A stretch of DNA of 64,000 bases from an uncultured Actinomycetota bacterium (GTDB lineage: Bacteria; Actinomycetota; UBA4738): the NCBI GenBank assembly GCA_963770955.1, contig CAVYRK010000007.1, forward strand, positions 10,799 to 74,798, read 5' to 3'. Positions 61,948 to 64,000 of the stretch are shown here, in pieces. The position numbers were made by a program, and so were the translations under genes. The notes below the pieces were generated by a model. That model had not been told where the DNA came from. It did no database searches and worked only from the letters and a program-made list of their open reading frames with translations. Every line of letters begins with the position of its first letter. Within the stretch, counting starts at the first letter, position 1.

Positions 61948-62487
61948 TCACGATCGCGCCCATCCGCTGTAGCGCTGCGCGCCGTGCGGGGTTCGAGGCT
62001 CCCGTCGATGAACCTGGTCCCGTCGCTCCACCGCGGCCGCGGCGGCGCGAACGAGCCAGGCGTTGACCGAGAGGCCCTCGCCGGCCGCGGCCTGTTCGAC
62101 ACGGGACTTCAGGCCCTCCGGCAGACGCAGGTTGATCCGCGCGATCGCGGCCTCGTCCCCCTCTGATGTTCCCCCTGCCGCTGGCAGCCATGCGCCCGCC
62201 GGGAAGTCGCCGGCCCGGGCCGCATCCTCGTCGGACGGTTCGGCGGGCGGGAGGCTCACGACGAATTCGGGCTCGCGACCGCGCAGGCGGAGCTCCACGG
62301 ACCCCGGCGCCAGGTCCAGGGTGATCTCCTCGGCCGCCGCAGCGAGGACGTCCTGCACGGCGAGCCGGATCGCCGCCTCCAGGGGCGCGATCAGGCGCCC
62401 GGCCACGGCCCGCGCCTCTTCTCCGCCGGCCTCGGCCGTGATCTCCAGCTGGCGTCGGATGCTGTCGACGTACGGATCGATTTCCAT
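61948..62487 (-). CDS. ribbon-helix-helix (Arc/HicB-antitoxin-like) DNA-binding protein
   Basis: 179 aa. The C-terminal ARINLRLPEGLKSRVEQAAAGEGLSVNAWLVRA is a typical RHH motif. It heads the DUF4097-ABC operon. Confidence 0.7.
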   Translation of the reverse strand: MEIDPYVDSIRRQLEITAEAGGEEARAVAGRLIAPLEAAIRLAVQDVLAAAAEEITLDLAPGSVELRLRGREPEFVVSLPPAEPSDEDAARAGDFPAGAWLPAAGGTSEGDEAAIARINLRLPEGLKSRVEQAAAGEGLSVNAWLVRAAAAAVERRDQVHRREPRTPHGAQRYSGWARS

Positions 62488-62536
62488 GGTGCCATGATGA
62501 CACCATTACGGTGCCATGTCAATGCCGCCCATGATG
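62488..62536. promoter_or_regulatory. repeated GGTGCCATG / CCATGATG motifs abutting the RHH gene start
   Basis: GGTGCCATG occurs at 62488 and 62510 (22-nt spacing). CCATGATG occurs at 62492 and 62529. The near-palindrome GGTGCCATGATGACACC is present. No Shine-Dalgarno is visible. Confidence 0.35.
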
Positions 62537-62593
62537 CCAACGGGGGGTTTCGGGGCCATATGTCCGGTTCGGCCAACCTCGGAGATCGAAGGG

Positions 62594-62965
62594 TCAGCGC
62601 TCCCGGCGACCGAACCCCGCGGGATCTTCCCCGAGGTGCTCCGCGGCGACGCGCTTGGGCACGACCATCCGCCAGGCGTCGATCACCAGCTCGCGCATCT
62701 CCTCGTCGTCGATGGCGTCGAGGCGGACGACCACCCAGTGCCACCGCATCTCCGAAGGGCGCGGCAGCATGAACGTGTCGGGCTCGGACGCGACGAGCGC
62801 TTCACGCTCCTCCTTGGGGAACGCGAACCCCATGCGCGTCTCGTCGCGCGAGAACGACAGGTAGACGATGCGGCCCACCCGGAACTTGACCCGGTCGTGG
62901 ACGAGGGCCTCGTACGACCGCGGGAGGCTGAGGGCGAGCTCGCGGACCGCCTCGATGGTCGTCAT
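62594..62965 (-). CDS. MmcQ/YjbR family DNA-binding protein
   Basis: 123 aa with the family-like pattern KFRVGRIVYLSF...MGFAFPKEEREAL.... Confidence 0.75.
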   Translation of the reverse strand: MTTIEAVRELALSLPRSYEALVHDRVKFRVGRIVYLSFSRDETRMGFAFPKEEREALVASEPDTFMLPRPSEMRWHWVVVRLDAIDDEEMRELVIDAWRMVVPKRVAAEHLGEDPAGFGRRER

Positions 62966-63014
62966 CCGCCGCGAACGTACCGCGCGCCGCCGACATCGCC
63001 GGCGGACCGGCGGA

Positions 63015-63518
63015 TCAGAGCTTGAGCGTGCCCTTCAGCTTCGACATCTCCAGCGGGTTGCCGTCTTCGCAGAGGCCCCTCACCGGCGTCAGAGTGAAGC
63101 GCCCAAAGACCCGGTCGTTCTCGAACAGGCCGGCGACGACCTTGCCGCGCAGCCGCGACTTGTTGAACTCGAAGAACCAGTTCAGCCCGGACTGGTCTCC
63201 GGTGTCCCAATCGAGCCTTCCCTTGGCGGCGGCGTGTCCCCTGACGACCCCGTCGTGGCACCGGATGTCGCCTTCCGATCCGCCCAAACCGTCGGCGCTC
63301 GTCACCACACCGCCGGAGCAGTCCCGGACCTTCAGGAACAGCTTGATGAAGGCGAACTGATTCAAGCCCTCCTTCAGGGGAGGCCTGAACTTCAGCTTCG
63401 CAACGACCTTGCACGACGTCGACTGCCCGCCCATGGGCGCAGCCTGGGCGCCGGGGGTCATCAGCATCGTCGTCAGAACGATCGCCCCGACGAATCCCGC
63501 CGCGAGTGCCCGTTTCAT
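63015..63518 (-). CDS. secreted hypothetical protein
   Basis: ATG 63516-63518 follows GAGAGGGGGGGA. It has a signal peptide (MKRALAAGFVGAIVLTTMLMTPGAQA). I recognise no family. Confidence 0.6.
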   Translation of the reverse strand: MKRALAAGFVGAIVLTTMLMTPGAQAAPMGGQSTSCKVVAKLKFRPPLKEGLNQFAFIKLFLKVRDCSGGVVTSADGLGGSEGDIRCHDGVVRGHAAAKGRLDWDTGDQSGLNWFFEFNKSRLRGKVVAGLFENDRVFGRFTLTPVRGLCEDGNPLEMSKLKGTLKL

Positions 63519-63580
63519 CGTCCCCCCCTCTCGCCGGCCACGCCGGAGTGGCCTCGACTTCCTTCCCTCGATCACCGCGC

Positions 63581-63781
63581 TCAGTCGACGGCCGATCCCC
63601 CGCCGAAGTGCTCGCCCGCCGTCGAGGACTCACTCAATGCGTCCGACAGATGCAGCGCCTGAGGCGTCGTCAACCGGATCGCCGCCGCGCGCGTGCCCCG
63701 GCCGTCGATGAGCTCGAGCAGGACGCTCATGCCGCCGTCGGCGTCCTCCTCCCAACGCGCCCGCCAGTTCACTGCTGCCAT
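63581..63781 (-). CDS. hypothetical small protein (66 aa)
   Basis: Track ORF with GATAGGAG upstream of the ATG. The composition is plausible. I recognise no family. Confidence 0.35.
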   Translation of the reverse strand: MAAVNWRARWEEDADGGMSVLLELIDGRGTRAAAIRLTTPQALHLSDALSESSTAGEHFGGGSAVD

Positions 63782-64000
63782 GTCAGGCTCCTATCCTCGA
63801 CGGGGGAAGGCTACCCCGAGCGGGGCGGTGTCGCATTTCGGCAGCGTCGGGAGTGATCGCGCCGGCACGCGGGCGGGCCGCCCAGGACATTCCCAGATCG
63901 GGACGTCGCAGCGTATGCTCGGCCTCCATCGCGGCTGGGAGGGGACGCCTTGGCACAAGAGGTGGCCGGCACCACACAGAGCTCCGGGCCCGGGGTGCAC

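Noticed and set aside
63783-64000. ORFs at the right edge (63783..63977 and 63791..64000, minus strand)
   Set aside because: They are short, R/P/G-rich and truncated by the window end, with no ribosome-binding site or motif support.

Overview
Very GC-rich, actinobacterial-type chromosomal segment. I found about 65 protein genes and one tRNA-Arg(CCG), and no rRNA, CRISPR array, transposase or integrase. The backbone is a long minus-strand housekeeping supercluster: argS-GNAT-thrC-thrB ... rho-(small ORF)-rpmE-DUF1385-prfA-prmC-tsaC-LMW phosphatase-glyA-wecA-atpZ/atpI-atpBEFHAGDC-murA. Many neighbours are joined by 4-nt ATGA/GTGA stop/start overlaps. Between thrB and rho sits about 10.6 kb of accessory genes: a glycogen-debranching-type glucosidase, an S53 sedolisin, an NAD epimerase, a MarP-like CvpA-protease fusion, and a co-directional cluster of metallophosphoesterase, cyclic 2,3-diphosphoglycerate synthetase (cDPGS), 2-phosphoglycerate kinase (2PGK) and Fsa/TalC aldolase that runs directly into rho. 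That archaeal-type cDPG solute pathway in a bacterial backbone is the most interesting biology here. Other notable items are a Clp1-family P-loop kinase-like gene behind a 250-nt non-coding gap, an unlisted 33-aa bS22 ribosomal protein gene, an ATP synthase delta subunit with a duplicated N-terminal domain and an alpha subunit with a C-terminal tail, a Zn-ribbon/cyclase/STAND/TPR regulator, an RHH-DUF4097-ABC exporter module, and several secreted BNR/beta-propeller proteins. Major caveat: the sequence carries many 1-nt indels, mostly in G/C runs, and they are extremely dense between about 31.5 and 38.7 kb. There rho, rpmE and every other gene need repeated frame changes. I read this as assembly or polishing error, not gene decay. 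Most long ORFs in the six-frame track are high-GC shadow ORFs. All family calls rest on motif recognition by eye; no searches were run.
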